Origin: Macrostomum lignano
Lineage: Eukaryota
DNA: 64,000 nucleotides
NCBI GenBank assembly: GCA_002269645.1
Contig: NIVC01003224.1
Location: 45,943-109,942 of the forward strand
Direction of reading: 5' to 3'
The notes under the pieces were generated by a model. That model was given only the letters and a program-made list of their open reading frames with translations. It was not told where the DNA came from and made no database searches. A program made the translations under genes and the position numbers. Every line of letters starts with the position of its first letter. Position 1 is the stretch's first letter. Of the stretch, positions 25,429 to 37,959 are shown piece after piece.

Positions 25429-28400
25429 ATGAAGGCTAACACAGAGCCTTTGAGATCTGTGTGCACAGATTTCTCTCTTTTTTCAATCCTTTTGGCTATT
25501 GTTGGTTTGATGATGGTCATTGAGTGTCTGATGATGGTCATTGAGTGTTTGATGGTGGTCATTGAGTGTTTGATGGTGGTCATTGAGTGTTTGATGATGG
25601 TCATTGAGTGTTTGATGATGGTCATTGAGTGTTTGATGATGGTCATTGAGTGTTTGATGATGGTCATTGAGTGTTTGATGATGGTCATTGAGTGTCTGAT
25701 GATGGTCATTGAGTATTTGATGATGGTCATTGAGTGTTTGATGATGGTCATTGAGTGTCTGATGATGGTCATTGAGTATTTGATGATGGTCATTGAGTAT
25801 TTGATGATAGTCACTGAGTGTTTGATGATGGTCATTGAGTGTCTGATGATAGTCACTGGGTGTCTGATGATGGTCACTGGGTGTCTGATGATAGTCACTG
25901 AGTGTTTGATGATGGTCATTGAGTGTTTGATGATGGTCATTGAGTGTCTGATGATGGTCATTGAGTATTTGATGATGGTCATTGAGTGTTTGATGATGGT
26001 CATTGAGTGTCTGATGATGGTCATTGAGTATTTGATGATGGTCATTGAGTATTCGATGATAGTCACTGAGTGTTTGATGATGGTCATTGAGTGTTTGATG
26101 ATGGTCATTGAGTGTCTGATGATGGTCATTGAGTATTTGATGATGGTCATTGAGTGTTTGATGATGGTCATTGAGTGTCTGATGATGGTCATTGAGTATT
26201 TGATGATGGTCATTGAGTGTTTGATGATGGTCATTGAGTGTCTGATGATGGTCATTGAGTATTTGATGATGGTCATTGAGTATTTGATGATAGTCACTGA
26301 GTGTTTGATGATGGTCATTGAGTGTCTGATGATAGTCACTGGGTGTCTGATGATGGTCACTGGGTGTCTGATGATAGTCACTGAGTGTTTGATGATGGTC
26401 ATTGAGTGTTTGATGATGGTCATTGAGTGTCTGATGATGGTCATTGAGTATTTGATGATGGTCATTGAGTGTTTGATGATGGTCATTGAGTGTCTGATGA
26501 TGGTCATTGAGTATTTGATGATGGTCATTGAGTATTCGATGATAGTCACTGAGTGTTTGATGATGGTCATTGAGTGTTTGATGATGGTCATTGAGTGTCT
26601 GATGATGGTCATTGAGTATTTGATGATGGTCATTGAGTGTTTGATGATGGTCATTGAGTGTCTGATGATGGTCATTGAGTATTTGATGATGGTCATTGAG
26701 TGTTTGATGATGGTCATTGAGTGTTTGATGATGGTCATTGAGTGTCTGATGATGGTCATTGAGTATTTGATGATGGTCATTGAGTATTTGATGATAGTCA
26801 CTGAGTGTTTGATGATGGTCATTGAGTGTCTGATGATAGTCACTGGGTGTCTGATGATGGTCACTGGGTGTCTGATGATAGTCACTGAGTGTTTGATGAT
26901 GGTCATTGAGTGTTTGATGATGGTCATTGAGTGTCTGATGATGGTCATTGAGTATTTGATGATGGTCATTGAGTGTTTGATGATGGTCATTGAGTGTCTG
27001 ATGATGGTCATTGAGTATTTGATGATGGTCATTGAGTATTCGATGATAGTCACTGAGTGTTTGATGATGGTCATTGAGTGTTTGATGATGGTCATTGAGT
27101 GTTTGATGATGGTCATTGAGTGTCTGATGATAGTCACTGGGTGTCTGATGATGGTCACTGGGTGTCTGATGATGGTCACTGGGTGTCTGATGATGGTCAC
27201 TGGGTCTAGCAGTAGCTGGTGATGGTCATTCAATTTTCGATTAGGATCATTGGGTACCTAGTGATAGGCACAATGTTTCTGCATATGATTACGCGATCAC
27301 GGGGCGTTTGGTCACTCTGGTCAACCAGTATATGAATTTTTGGATATTGCATGCAAAACAGCAGTTCTCCTGCAGCCACGATTGCTCATTCGTTAGCAGA
27401 TTCAAGCGCTGGCTTGCTTCCAATTATGCAGCTCATCTTCCCTTCGCTCGTGTCGCATTGGCCTCGTTTATCATATTTGTGCTTTTCTTCCGTAGTATTT
27501 ATTTCACGCATTGCTGAGCTGTTATGGCAGCGCTTAACAAACCTTTTTACCTCATGGGCCAAAACCGGTTCATGGCTGTGGGTTACATGAGAGGGGGAAA
27601 GCCGAAAGGAGAGGGTATAGAGGAGAGAGAGAAGAGGGGATAATCGAGGCAAGAGAAGATATGAAAAAGAAAATACGAGAAAAGAGAGGAGGTAATAGGA
27701 TAGATTAGATGAGAGATGAAAAGAGAGGAGAGAAGAGAGAAAAGAGTAGAGGGGAGAGAAGAGAGAGAAGAGGGAAGAGAGGAGAGAGGAGAGAGAAGAG
27801 AAGAAAAAAGAGGGAATAGAGAATACAGAAGCGAAGAGAGAAGAGTGGAGAGAGGAGAGAAGAGAAGGAGGGAAGAGAGAAGAGGGGAGAGAGGAAAGAA
27901 GAGATAAGAGAGAAGACAGGGAAGAGAGAAGAGGGGAGAGCAGAGGGAGAAGAGAAGAGAGAAGAGAGAAGAGAAGAGATACCAGCCTTGAGCGAGCCAG
28001 ATTGCTATTGTAAGGTTTCAAAGAACCGATTGCCCGGCCCCTGCCTTGCAGCACACATGCAACTCTTGTATTCGTGAGACAACAGCAAACAGTATCATTC
28101 GATCCCAGCCAATCAGAAGAGGCCAGCGTCCCCGCCTGCCCAACCCTGTCCGTCTTCCCATTTCCCAGTTGGTATATCTTATATCCCTAAACAACACACG
28201 CAAACTTTACTTCACTTCAAGTGAGGTGACAGTTTTAAGAACCTAAAACCGTAGCTATGGTTTAAGACCAGACGTTAGGGTAATAGTAATGCGCGAAATT
28301 TATTATAAATCAGGTTTGCCTGCTTATCTGCTGTGCCTCTTGGTGGCCATTCATTTGCCAGTAGGTAAGTACGAATTGAGCGGCTTTTAAAAAGTAAACG

Positions 28401-31400
28401 ATTCTGAATTATTTTCATTTTTGAATGTGTTTTTTAATTTGGATAGTCTATTATGAGCGTTTTGTTTTAAATTAGGGTTGTTTATGAGCGGTTTATTTTG
28501 AATTAGGGTGGTTTATGAGCGGTTTATTTTGAATTAGGATAGTTTATGAACGGCTTATTTTGAATCGTGGTAGTTTATGAGCGGTTTATTTTAAATTAGG
28601 GTACTTTTTTGAGCGGTTTATTTTGAACTTGGGTAGTTTTTGAGTGGTTTATTTTAAATTAGGGTAGTTAATATGTATTTTTAAGCGACGATATATCTTG
28701 GTTTGGGTACTTTAGAGAAAAAATCAATGATTAAACCGAAAAGTCTATTTTCGGAGTGATTATTGCTTGATGACAACATACTACGTTTACTGTTTGTGCA
28801 ACGAGCTGATCAATGTGTCAAAAAATCATTTTTTTCTAGAAAGCTTAATATCAACATTTGAATATGATTACAATTTCTAACAACTTCAACGCGTTTCGCA
28901 CGCCATGGTGCATCGTCAGGATTTTATTAGAACGATTTGAGAAATTGAGATTGAAAGCGATTGATTAAATATTGGTTTTTGCAACGTACACAGGTAAGGA
29001 GGGTAAGATTGAAAACAATTGATTACAACTTGGCTTTAACAACATACATAGGTATAGTAGGTAGGAGAGAGAATTATAGATTGAGAATGAAAGTTAAACC
29101 AAATGTACACAATTCTTGTCCAGTGGTCAAAAGGCAGAATCAGGGGCGGTAGCTAGCTTAGGTAATTGAACGTCAAGCTAAGTGTACACAGCGTGCACGA
29201 CTGTGTCACTCACTGTTCAGAAAACGCGGAGAACGTGACTAAAATCGTTCTTTAGTCGTTTCTTCGTTTCGTTTCTTCAACTTCAAATCGTTCTAATAAA
29301 ATCCTGACGATGCACCATGGCGTGCGAAACGCGTTGAAGTTGTTAGAAATTGTAATCATATTCAAATGTTGATATTAAGCTTTCTATTTATTCTTCTCGC
29401 CAAGCGAGCGACTCTACCAGCATTTTTTTTCTACTCGAATCAACACTTAAAGTCTTAAACAGAAGTTTCAGCCCTCAACAACTTTTGTTTGCATAAATAC
29501 GAGTATTCTAGCAAAATACATACTGCAGATTAACAAAAATAAACTCCGCTATTTTTCTTCCTGTTGTATTCTGAAAAACGAAACGGAGAGGTAGAGAGAG
29601 AGTGAGAGAGGGGGAGAGGTAGAGAGAGAGAAAGGGATAGAGGGGGGAGAGGTAGAAAGAGAGAAAGGGATAGAGGGGGGAGAGGTAGAAAGAGAGAAAA
29701 GGAGAGATATGGGGAGAGGTAGAGAGAGAGAAAGGGAGAGAGGGGGAAGGTAGAGAGAAAGGGAGAGAGGGGGAGAGAGGGGGAGAGGTAGAGAGAGAGA
29801 AAGGGAGAGAGGGGGGAGAGGTAGAAAGAGAGAAAAGGAGAGATATGGGGAGAGGTAGAGAGAGAGAAAGGGAGAGAGGGGGAAGGTAGAGAGAAAGGGA
29901 GAGAGGGGGAGAGAGGGGGAGAGGTAGAGAGAGAGAAAGGGAGAGAGATGGGGAGAGGTAGAGACAGAGAAAGGGAGAGAGATGGGGAGAGGTAGAGAGA
30001 GAGAAAGGGAGAGAGATGGGGAGAGGTAGAGAGAGAGAAAGGGAGAGAGATGGGGAGAGGTAGAGAGAGAGAAAGGGAGAGAGGGGGGAAGGTAGAGAGA
30101 AAGGGAGAGAGGGGGAGAGAGGGGGAGAGGTAGAGAGAGAGAAAGGGAGAGAGATGGGGAGAGGTAGAGACAGAGAAAGGGAGAGAGATGGGGAGAGGTA
30201 GAGAGAGAGAAAGGGAGAGAGATGGGGAGAGGTAGAGAGAGAGAAAGGGAGAGAGATGGGGAGAGGTAGAGAGAGAGAAAGGGAGAGAGATGGGGAGAGG
30301 TAGAGAGAGAGAAAGGGAGAGAGATGGGGAGAGGTAGAGAGAGAGAAAGGGAGAGAGATGGGGAGAGGTAGAGAGAGAGAAAGGGAGAGAGGGGGAGAGA
30401 GGGGGAGATGTAGAGAAGGAGAGAAAACGGCGCCAATATTTGAAGCAGCTTTCTGTCCCCGTCAGTGGGACGTCACTCGCCGCGTTCCTGTGGAGCTCGG
30501 GGCGGCGGCCCATAGGTGGGAGGGGGAAATTCCCAGTTTCCATGCCACTCCATGATGGAACTGTCGCTGCTGAGGCCAATTTGTGCCCGCAGTGGCGGGG
30601 GCCTCAGCAGCAGCAGCAGAAATACACGGGCGGCGTGGCGCGGCCTGGGACTGCGGCAGCAGCTGACTTGGCGTCGCGGGCGCAGAAGGTCAAAATGTTT
30701 TTTTTGCGGCAAGCTGCCCGCCGCATGTCAGCAGATGCGCCGCCCCACCTCGACCCCGGCTGGCCCTCCCATTCAAGATTTGAACTTCGCGATGCAGAGG
30801 CACTGATTATAGATAGATAACTTCGCCTTCTTTACTTTATCCACATTTGGCCCATTAGCAAATCGCTTCCCAACCTTTTCCCTCCGCCTGCCCCCAGAGG
30901 TGTCCGGCATCGAGGGAGCCAAGAAGCTGTTCAAGGACCTGATGAACAGGACCAATTACAGGGCTTCAGTGAGACCTGTCACCAACTACAGTCAGCCTGT
31001 GCTGTTGTACATGAACCTCAGCCTCACCCAGATACTCGATGTGGTAAGCCATTAGTAGGCAGAGGATTATTGTCAATATTATAGTAATCCTTTTTGCATA
31101 ACAGTGAGTGTTTGACTTTTCATTATGCTGTTGCTATGCAAAGTGGTTGCTATGAAACCATAACAAATCATAACATTTCAGTTGCTATGCAGTTGCTATG
31201 TTGTTGCTTTACAGTTGCTATGTAGTTGCTATGCAGTTGCTATGTTGTTGCTTTACAGTTGCTATGCAGTTGCTATGTTGTTGCTTTACAGTTGCTATGC
31301 AGTTGCTATGCTGTTGCTTTACAGTTGCTATGCAGTTGCTATGTTGTTGCTTTACAGTTGCTATGCAGTACAGTGGCGTATGTAGATTTGTATGCAGTGA

Positions 31401-34400
31401 CTATGAGGTTGTTGTATGGTTGCTATGCGGTTGCTACGATCGCATTACTTATTCTAGAAATTCTATATGGTAAGTTAATTATTGAACTTATTTCATTCTT
31501 ATACAAATATTTTTGTTTAAAAAGCAATTTCGAGCATGCTGAAAAGTATAGCACTTAAAGAAGCAGACACGATTAAAAAGAAAAGAAGACTGCTTTGCTT
31601 GCAAGGTAGCGTGATTAAAAAAGAAAAGATTATTTATTAGCCTCTCTGAAAACAGGCCAAAGTGAGCACACCAAAGCCTGAGAAGAGGATTAGCTCGTAG
31701 TTCCAAGAAACATGGCAACAGATTAAACTTGAAAGGGGTTGCGAAAGAGCCTCTTCTTCTCTTTGATCTTGTAGAGATGTTAAAAACTCTTTAACAACTT
31801 TACTCAACAGTTAGAGCAAGTAGGCCGAGTTTCACAGCTCAGCACCTCTCTGAACTCCGAACAAAAGCTGTTGACGCGAACCCGGACCCTTCAACAGGAT
31901 GAGAAGAACCAAATCGTCACTCTAAACATGTGGGTCTCGCAGCAGTGGTTCGACCCTAACTTTGTTTGGAATGAAAGCAACTATGGCAACATCTCTGAGC
32001 TGCACATCCCCTCAGAGGATATTTGGACTCCGGATCTTGTGCTGTACAATAAGTGAGTAGGGAGGACAGACACCCAAACTGATAAGCCTGCACACCTGAA
32101 TCAGACACCCTAACTGATAAGCCCGCACACCTGAATCAGACACCCTAACTGATAAGCCCGCACACCTGAGGAAGACACCCTAACTGATAAGCCTGCACAC
32201 CTGAGGCAGACACCCCAACTGATAAGCCTGCACACCTGAGGCAGACACCCCAACTGATAAGCCTGCACACCTGAGGCAGACACCCTAACTGATAAGCCTG
32301 CACACCTGAGGCAGACACCCCAACTGATAAGCCTGCACACCTGAGGCAGACACCCCAACTGATAAGCCTGCACACCTGAGGCAGACACCCCAACTGATAA
32401 GCCTGCACACCTGAGGCAGACACCCCAACTGATAAGCCTGCACACCTGAGGCAGACACCCCAACTGATAAGCCTGCACACCTGAGGCAGACACCCCAACT
32501 GATAAGCCTGCACACCTGAGGCAGACACCCCAACTGATAAGCCTGCACACCTGAGGCAGACACCCCAACTGATAAGCCTGCACACCTGAGGCAGACACCC
32601 CAACTGATAAGCCTGCACACCTGAGGCAGACACCCCAACTGATAAGCCTGCACACCTGAGGCAGACACCCCAACTGATAAGCCTGCACACCTGAGGCAGA
32701 CACCCTAACTGATAAGCCTGCACACCTGAGGCAGACACCCCAACTGATAAGCCTGTACACCTGAGGCAGACACCCTAACTGATAAGCCTGCACACCCTGG
32801 CAACCAAAACTCTCGCTGCAGCGCCGGCGGAGACTGGGACCTTGGCAGCTCAGCTAACAAGGTGAACGTGCTCAGTGACGGCACCATCCTATGGCGGCCA
32901 CCCATCATCTTCAAAAGCCAGTGCGAGATCAACGTGGAATTTTTTCCCTTTGACACCCAAAACTGCACACTGAAGCTGGGCACCTGGACTCACAATGGCT
33001 ACCTGATCGACCTGCGCCACGTCGCCCAGAAAGAGGAGGCGGATCGCAACGGACGCCAGAGCTTCGACGACTGCCGGGCCGTTATCGACTACGCCATCGA
33101 TCTCAGCCAGTTTGTTGACAATGTCGAGTGGGACATCCTCGGTGAGGACGTCTCCGAAAAAAAGAATTGACTGGGTCGATTTCCCTTTCTCCCCCATTTC
33201 CGTCGGAGACAAGAAGTGGTCGATGAGCTCAAGGGGGGGGTCTGCCAGTGGAGGCCAAGAATTCGGCAAACAAGAATGATTAAGGCATGCCATGCCGCCA
33301 GCCAATGCAGATATTGACTTTGGTATGCTGCGGCTCCAAGTGGGAGATGAAGCAGCTACTACAGATGGGAAGCTGAGATGTGGGCCCGGGATTTTGAGAA
33401 TCTTCCCACTGAATAAGAAAGGCGTTTTTTTATCAGCGTGAGCAGCTTGAGCTGCACAAAGTTGGATTGCGATTTGGTTGGATAACTTCTTGGTGAAAAT
33501 CAACTTCACTGCTTTCTGGGCCTGTTTCTGGGTGTAGCAGCTCGGTTCGAAATCTACTGGGTAAAAATTGAAATCTGCAGGGTAGATTCAGAAATCTGCA
33601 GGGTAGATTCAGAAATCTGCAGGGTAGATTCAGAAATCTGCAGGGTAGATTCAGAAATCTGCAGGGTAGATTCGGAAATCTGCAGGGTAGATTCGGAAAT
33701 CTGCAGGGTAGACTCGGAAATCTGCAGGGTAGATTCAGAAATCTGCAGGGTAGATTCAGAAATCTGCAGGGTAGATTCGGAAATCTGCAGGGTAGACTCG
33801 GAAATCTGCAGGGTAGACTCGGAAATCTGCAGAGTAGATTCAGAAATCTGCAGAGTAGATTCAGAAATCTGCAGGGTAGATTCAGAAATCTGCAGGGTAG
33901 ACTCGGAAATCTGCAGGGTAGATTTTGGAAACCGGCTTTGGGATAGCTAAGTGTGATGAAATTTTAATGTAATATTTCGATATGAATTTTATCTAGATTT
34001 TTGCTCTCAAGGTAATCAGGGCTCACCCAAAAGAGTCATTAGTAGTCGAAAGCAGATTGGCAAGCATACCCTGGCATTAATTTACAACACAGGACTCGGA
34101 GCAATTAAGAATCTCCTGCAGAGCAATTCGATCTCGCAGCTCACAGAATTGAGCTGACGCACTGAGTGCAGCAATTTGATCGATTCTGCACTCCCAGCAT
34201 ATCGATTTATCATTGACTTGGAGCAGAGGATTCGATGCTGCGAGGGAAGGAACTTGGGATCTGAGGGAAATGCGCGCTCGTGTATATAAGGCTTAAAATA
34301 ACAAGTTTCCCCAACTCCAAGGAAAAAGTAGGAGGTACCAAATTAAGAGCCGGGGAAGAAGTGTAGCAGAGTTGGTTCGCTTTATTCTATCTAGTGCTTA

Positions 34401-37400
34401 AATATCACTCTTGCCTCAAACCCAAATCCCATGCACTCAAGCGCGCGATGCTCCCCGACTCGAAAACTGCCTCCCCGCAACTGCTGTAGCTCCGCTCTTA
34501 CCCAAAAAAATGCGCGACCCCTTTCCCCTCTGGCTAGGAGATAAGGGGCGGGAGAGAGGAGAGCGCGTGTCCAGTGCTGATCCTCTTAGCAGGGAGAAGC
34601 GGTGAGCTGTGGCGATGAGTGAATATGCCAGCTTAAGCCCCCATGGGTTGGTTTGTAATCTTTTCTATCGTATACACCGGGTAGTGTCTTTGCTGCATCA
34701 GTTGAAAACCCGCATAGTATGCGGTAGCTATTAAACATTAATTATATAGTTTGAGCATAGTTGAGATCAGTGCGCGGAAATGAACTCGAACACCTGTCAG
34801 TAACGAGTTTGATTAGACCATGCAGTTACTTCGAGCACAATGTCCAAGCAATTTGCCAGTAAAAAGACTAAATCAGTTTGAAATTAAAACAGCAGAGCGT
34901 TCTCACTTCAACTGGAGTCTTCACATTCCAACCAAAATTTTCACACTTCAATTGGAGTCTTCACATTTCCAACCAAAATTTTCACACTTCAATTGGAGTC
35001 TTCATGCACATTTCCAACCAAAATTTTCACACTTCAATTGGAGTCTTCATGCACATTTCCAACCAAAATTTTCACGCTTCAATTGGAGTCTTCACATTTC
35101 CAACCAAAATTTTCACACTTCAATTGGAGTCTTCATGCACATTTCCAACCAAAATTTTCACGCTTCAATTGGAGTCTTCACATTCCAACCAAAATTTTCA
35201 CACTTCAATTGGAGTCTTCACATTTCCAACCAAAATTTTCACACTTCAATTGGAGTCTTCACATTTCCAACAAAAATTTTCACACTTCAATTGGAGTCTT
35301 CACATTTCCAACCAAAATTTTCACACTTCAATTGGAGTCTTCACATTTCCAACCAAAATTTTCACACTTCAATTGGAGTCTTCACATTTCCAATCAAAAT
35401 TTTCACACTTCAATTGGAGTCTTCACATTTCCAACCAAAATTTTCACACTTCAATTGGAGTCTTCACATTTCCAACCAAAATTTTCACACTTCAATTGGA
35501 GTCTTCACATTTCCAACCAAAATTTTCACGCTTCAATTGGAGTCTTCACATTTCCAATCAAAATTTTCACGCTTCAATTGGAGTCTTCACATTTCCAAGC
35601 AGAGCTTTCACACTTTAAACATGTCATTCACACTTTTAACAGTGTGAATTTAACAGGCTTTGTTTAAATGATTATAAGAATCTCAGCAAGAGTTCCCCCA
35701 CATTTTTACCAGAGGTGACAGCCAAGAGGAACATCGAGACCTACAAATGCTGCCCAGAGCCGTACCTGGACCTCACCTTCTACCTGATCATTCGTAGAAA
35801 GACCCTATTCTACGGCATTAATTTGATTTGTCCGTGTTTAGCAATCAGCTTCCTCACCATCCTGGTGTTCTACCTGCCCGGCGAGTCTGGAGAAAAAATG
35901 TCCCTGTCAATCAACATCCTGCTCTCTCTGACGGTGTTCTTTCTGCTCATCTTCGACATCTGCCCGCCAACCTCGCTAGTTGTGCCGCTCATACTCAAGT
36001 ACCTGCTATTCACTATGATCCTGGTCACTCTGTCCGTCATGGCCACGGTTGTTGTGCTTAATGTGCACTGGCGCTCGCCAGACACCTACGTGATGTCGCC
36101 CTGGGTTCGCCAGGTGTTCATGCGCACCCTGCCGAAGCTGCTGCTGATGAAGAAGCCGGAGACTGAGCGACGGAAAGAGGAGGTAAGTCTTTAATTTCAC
36201 TTTCTCTTTCACTCGTCGCACAAAGGGGCGCCAGCACTATTTCTCATGCACACGCTCACACAGGATGTACCTGTCCCTGACTATATAATCGTCAGGAATC
36301 TACACAGCTCTCTTCACGACAAACCTCAAGCCCCTAATTAGTGCCACAGATTAAGCTTGAATTTTTACACGATTCTGAATTGGCAGAAACAAACGCCAAA
36401 GTGACTACTCATAAGTAGCGCTAATTGAATCGCATTACACATGGACAGGTGATCCCCAACTTCGGCGGAGACGACAGCGAGCGTTTATTCAACTTTGCGG
36501 CGCCCGGTGAGGCCGGAATTTCGTCGGCAGACGCCGAAGACGAAGAGGCTGGACAGGAGGTGATGCGGCAGCGCCTGCGCAGCCGACGGACGGCCATGAC
36601 CGGCTCCTCGGGGGTCATCAACGAAATCGAGCTGGCGCTGGAGGGGGTCAGGAATATTGCCGGGCACATGAAACGGGAAGACGAGAGGAACACGGTGAGG
36701 AATCCAGAGTAGGGGCAGCCTAGGAATCTCGGGGCAGGAGCTTGTAAGAAATTTAGGGAAAGGAGTTTCCAAGAAATCAGAGACAGAAGTATCTAAGAAA
36801 TCCAAGGCAGGGCTAGCCTGAGAATTCAGGGCAGAAGTTTCCAAGAAATTTAGGGAAGTTTTTAAGAAATCCAGGTCTGGGCCATCCTAGAAATTCATGA
36901 AAAAGATTTTCTAAAAAATCAAAGAGCAGAAGTTTCTAAGAAATCCAGGACAAGAGTTTCTAAGAAATCCAGGACAAGAGTTTCTAAGAAATCCAGGACA
37001 AGAGTTTCTAAGAAATCCAGGACAAGAGTTTCTAAGACACTCAGGGAAGGAGCTTTTAAGGAAAAAGTCCTGCTCTTAAGTAATTCAGAACAAGAGTGTC
37101 TAAGGAATCCAAGACAGGAGTTTCTAAGAAATCTAGGACAGGAGTTTATGAGAAATCTAGACGATAAATTTCTAAGAAATCGAGGACAATAGTTTCTCAG
37201 AAATCCAGGACAAGAGTTTCTAAGACATCCAGGACAAGAGTTTCTAAGAAATCCAGGACAAGAGTTTCTAAGACATCCAGGAAAAGAGTTTCTAAGAAAT
37301 CCAGGACAGAGGCAAGAATCCAGGCTAACACAGACGCTCTAACTTTCAGATCCGAGACGATTGGAAATACGTGGCCGTAGTGCTTGACCGACTGTTTATG

Positions 37401-37620
37401 TGGCTGTTCAGCTGCGCCGCCATCATAGGTACGCAGCTGTTTTCAATTTAATTATTTGTTATTTATTGTACCTGCAGCTAATCGATAAACCAATTCATCA
37501 CTATTATCAGGTGCGCTAGGAATATTTATGCAGGCGCCCAGCCTGCGAGACAACAAGGAGCGGATGACGCACCTGAACACGCAGAACAAGATGCCTACCA
37601 TCAAGCGAGACTGCAACTAA
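25429..37620 (+). CDS. Nicotinic acetylcholine receptor alpha subunit (cation-selective Cys-loop receptor), 8 exons
   Basis: Exons 25429-25504 (signal peptide; inferred from phase-1 match), 30898-31043, 31898-32052, 32822-33141, 35713-36182, 36449-36694, 37350-37428 and 37511-37620, all GT-AG with consistent phases. Motifs: VRPV.N, DV|[14 protein letters not shown] (loop A), Cys-loop [15 protein letters not shown], loop B GTWTH, loop C YKCCPEPY (alpha signature), GEK before TM2, and [14 protein letters not shown] before TM4. Confidence 0.95.
25505..27205. repeat. 21-bp satellite (GATGATGGTCATTGAGTGTTT), about 80 copies, with higher-order repeats of 23-24 monomers; begins at the intron 1 donor
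   Basis: The rare TTCGATGATAG variant recurs at 26054, 26537 and 27041 (spacing 483 and 504 bp). The ACTGGG doublet recurs with the same period. Confidence 0.97.
27595..27982. repeat. Purine-rich (GA) low-complexity tract
   Basis: Almost exclusively A/G on the + strand. Confidence 0.9.
28450..28670. repeat. Degenerate ~31-bp tandem repeat (TTTATGAGCGGTTTATTTTGAATTAGGGTGG)
   Basis: About 7 copies. Confidence 0.85.
28837..29386. mobile_element. Foldback/MITE-like element with 104-bp perfect inverted arms
   Basis: 28837-28940 is the exact reverse complement of 29283-29386, with a 342-bp spacer. The outermost TA on each side could be a TA TSD. Confidence 0.85.
29585..30425. repeat. GA-rich minisatellite (GGGGAGAGGTAGAGAGAGAGAAAGGGAGAGAGAT-like)
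   Basis: Read directly; about 34-bp units with variable GA runs. Confidence 0.93.
31180..31370. repeat. 33-bp minisatellite in nAChR intron 2
   Basis: GTTGCTATGCAGTTGCTATGTTGTTGCTTTACA, about 6 copies. Confidence 0.9.
32065..32795. repeat. 35-bp minisatellite filling nAChR intron 3
   Basis: GCAGACACCCCAACTGATAAGCCTGCACACCTGAG, about 21 copies, in the 32053-32821 intron. Confidence 0.97.
33575..33925. repeat. 21-bp minisatellite in nAChR intron 4
   Basis: GAAATCTGCAGGGTAGATTCA, about 16 copies. Confidence 0.95.
34905..35610. repeat. 41-bp minisatellite in nAChR intron 4
   Basis: TTCACATTTCCAACCAAAATTTTCACACTTCAATTGGAGTC, about 17 copies. Confidence 0.95.
36730..37310. repeat. ~24-bp minisatellite filling nAChR intron 6
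   Basis: AAGAGTTTCTAAGAAATCCAGGAC units, degenerate at the left. Confidence 0.9.
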
Positions 37621-37959
37621 GAATTCAAAACAAATATTGACTATTTATATTGAAATTGACGACGTAACTTATGTTATGATCATTATCTACATGCTCTTAT
37701 GTTATGATTGCGTTATTTACGAGCTTTGACAATATATAAACTAGTTTAGTTCCACTTTACAGACTTTTCTTAAATACAGCACTGCGCCAGAGGCGTGAAA
37801 CAATAAACTTTTGAACATTCTTTTAGTTCAGAGCCAAATACAGGATGAGCAACTTGCACTATTGTTGAATAGCAAAGAATTCAGGATGAGCATGACAGGC
37901 GACACCTTTAATAAATGAGATGCTTAAATCAAGTGGAAGTGTTACTTTTTTAATGACGC

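Noticed and set aside
25386-27233. ~600-aa repeat ORFs on both strands
   Set aside because: Satellite translation; only the first 25 codons on + are interpreted as a real exon.
30440-30820. GC-rich ORFs upstream of nAChR exon 2 as the first coding exon
   Set aside because: None encodes a hydrophobic signal peptide or offers a phase-compatible strong donor. The 25429 exon fits better.
34260-34620. TATA-like and GAGA/CG-rich segment in nAChR intron 4 as an internal promoter
   Set aside because: No downstream exon or ORF could be tied to it; motif evidence alone is insufficient.
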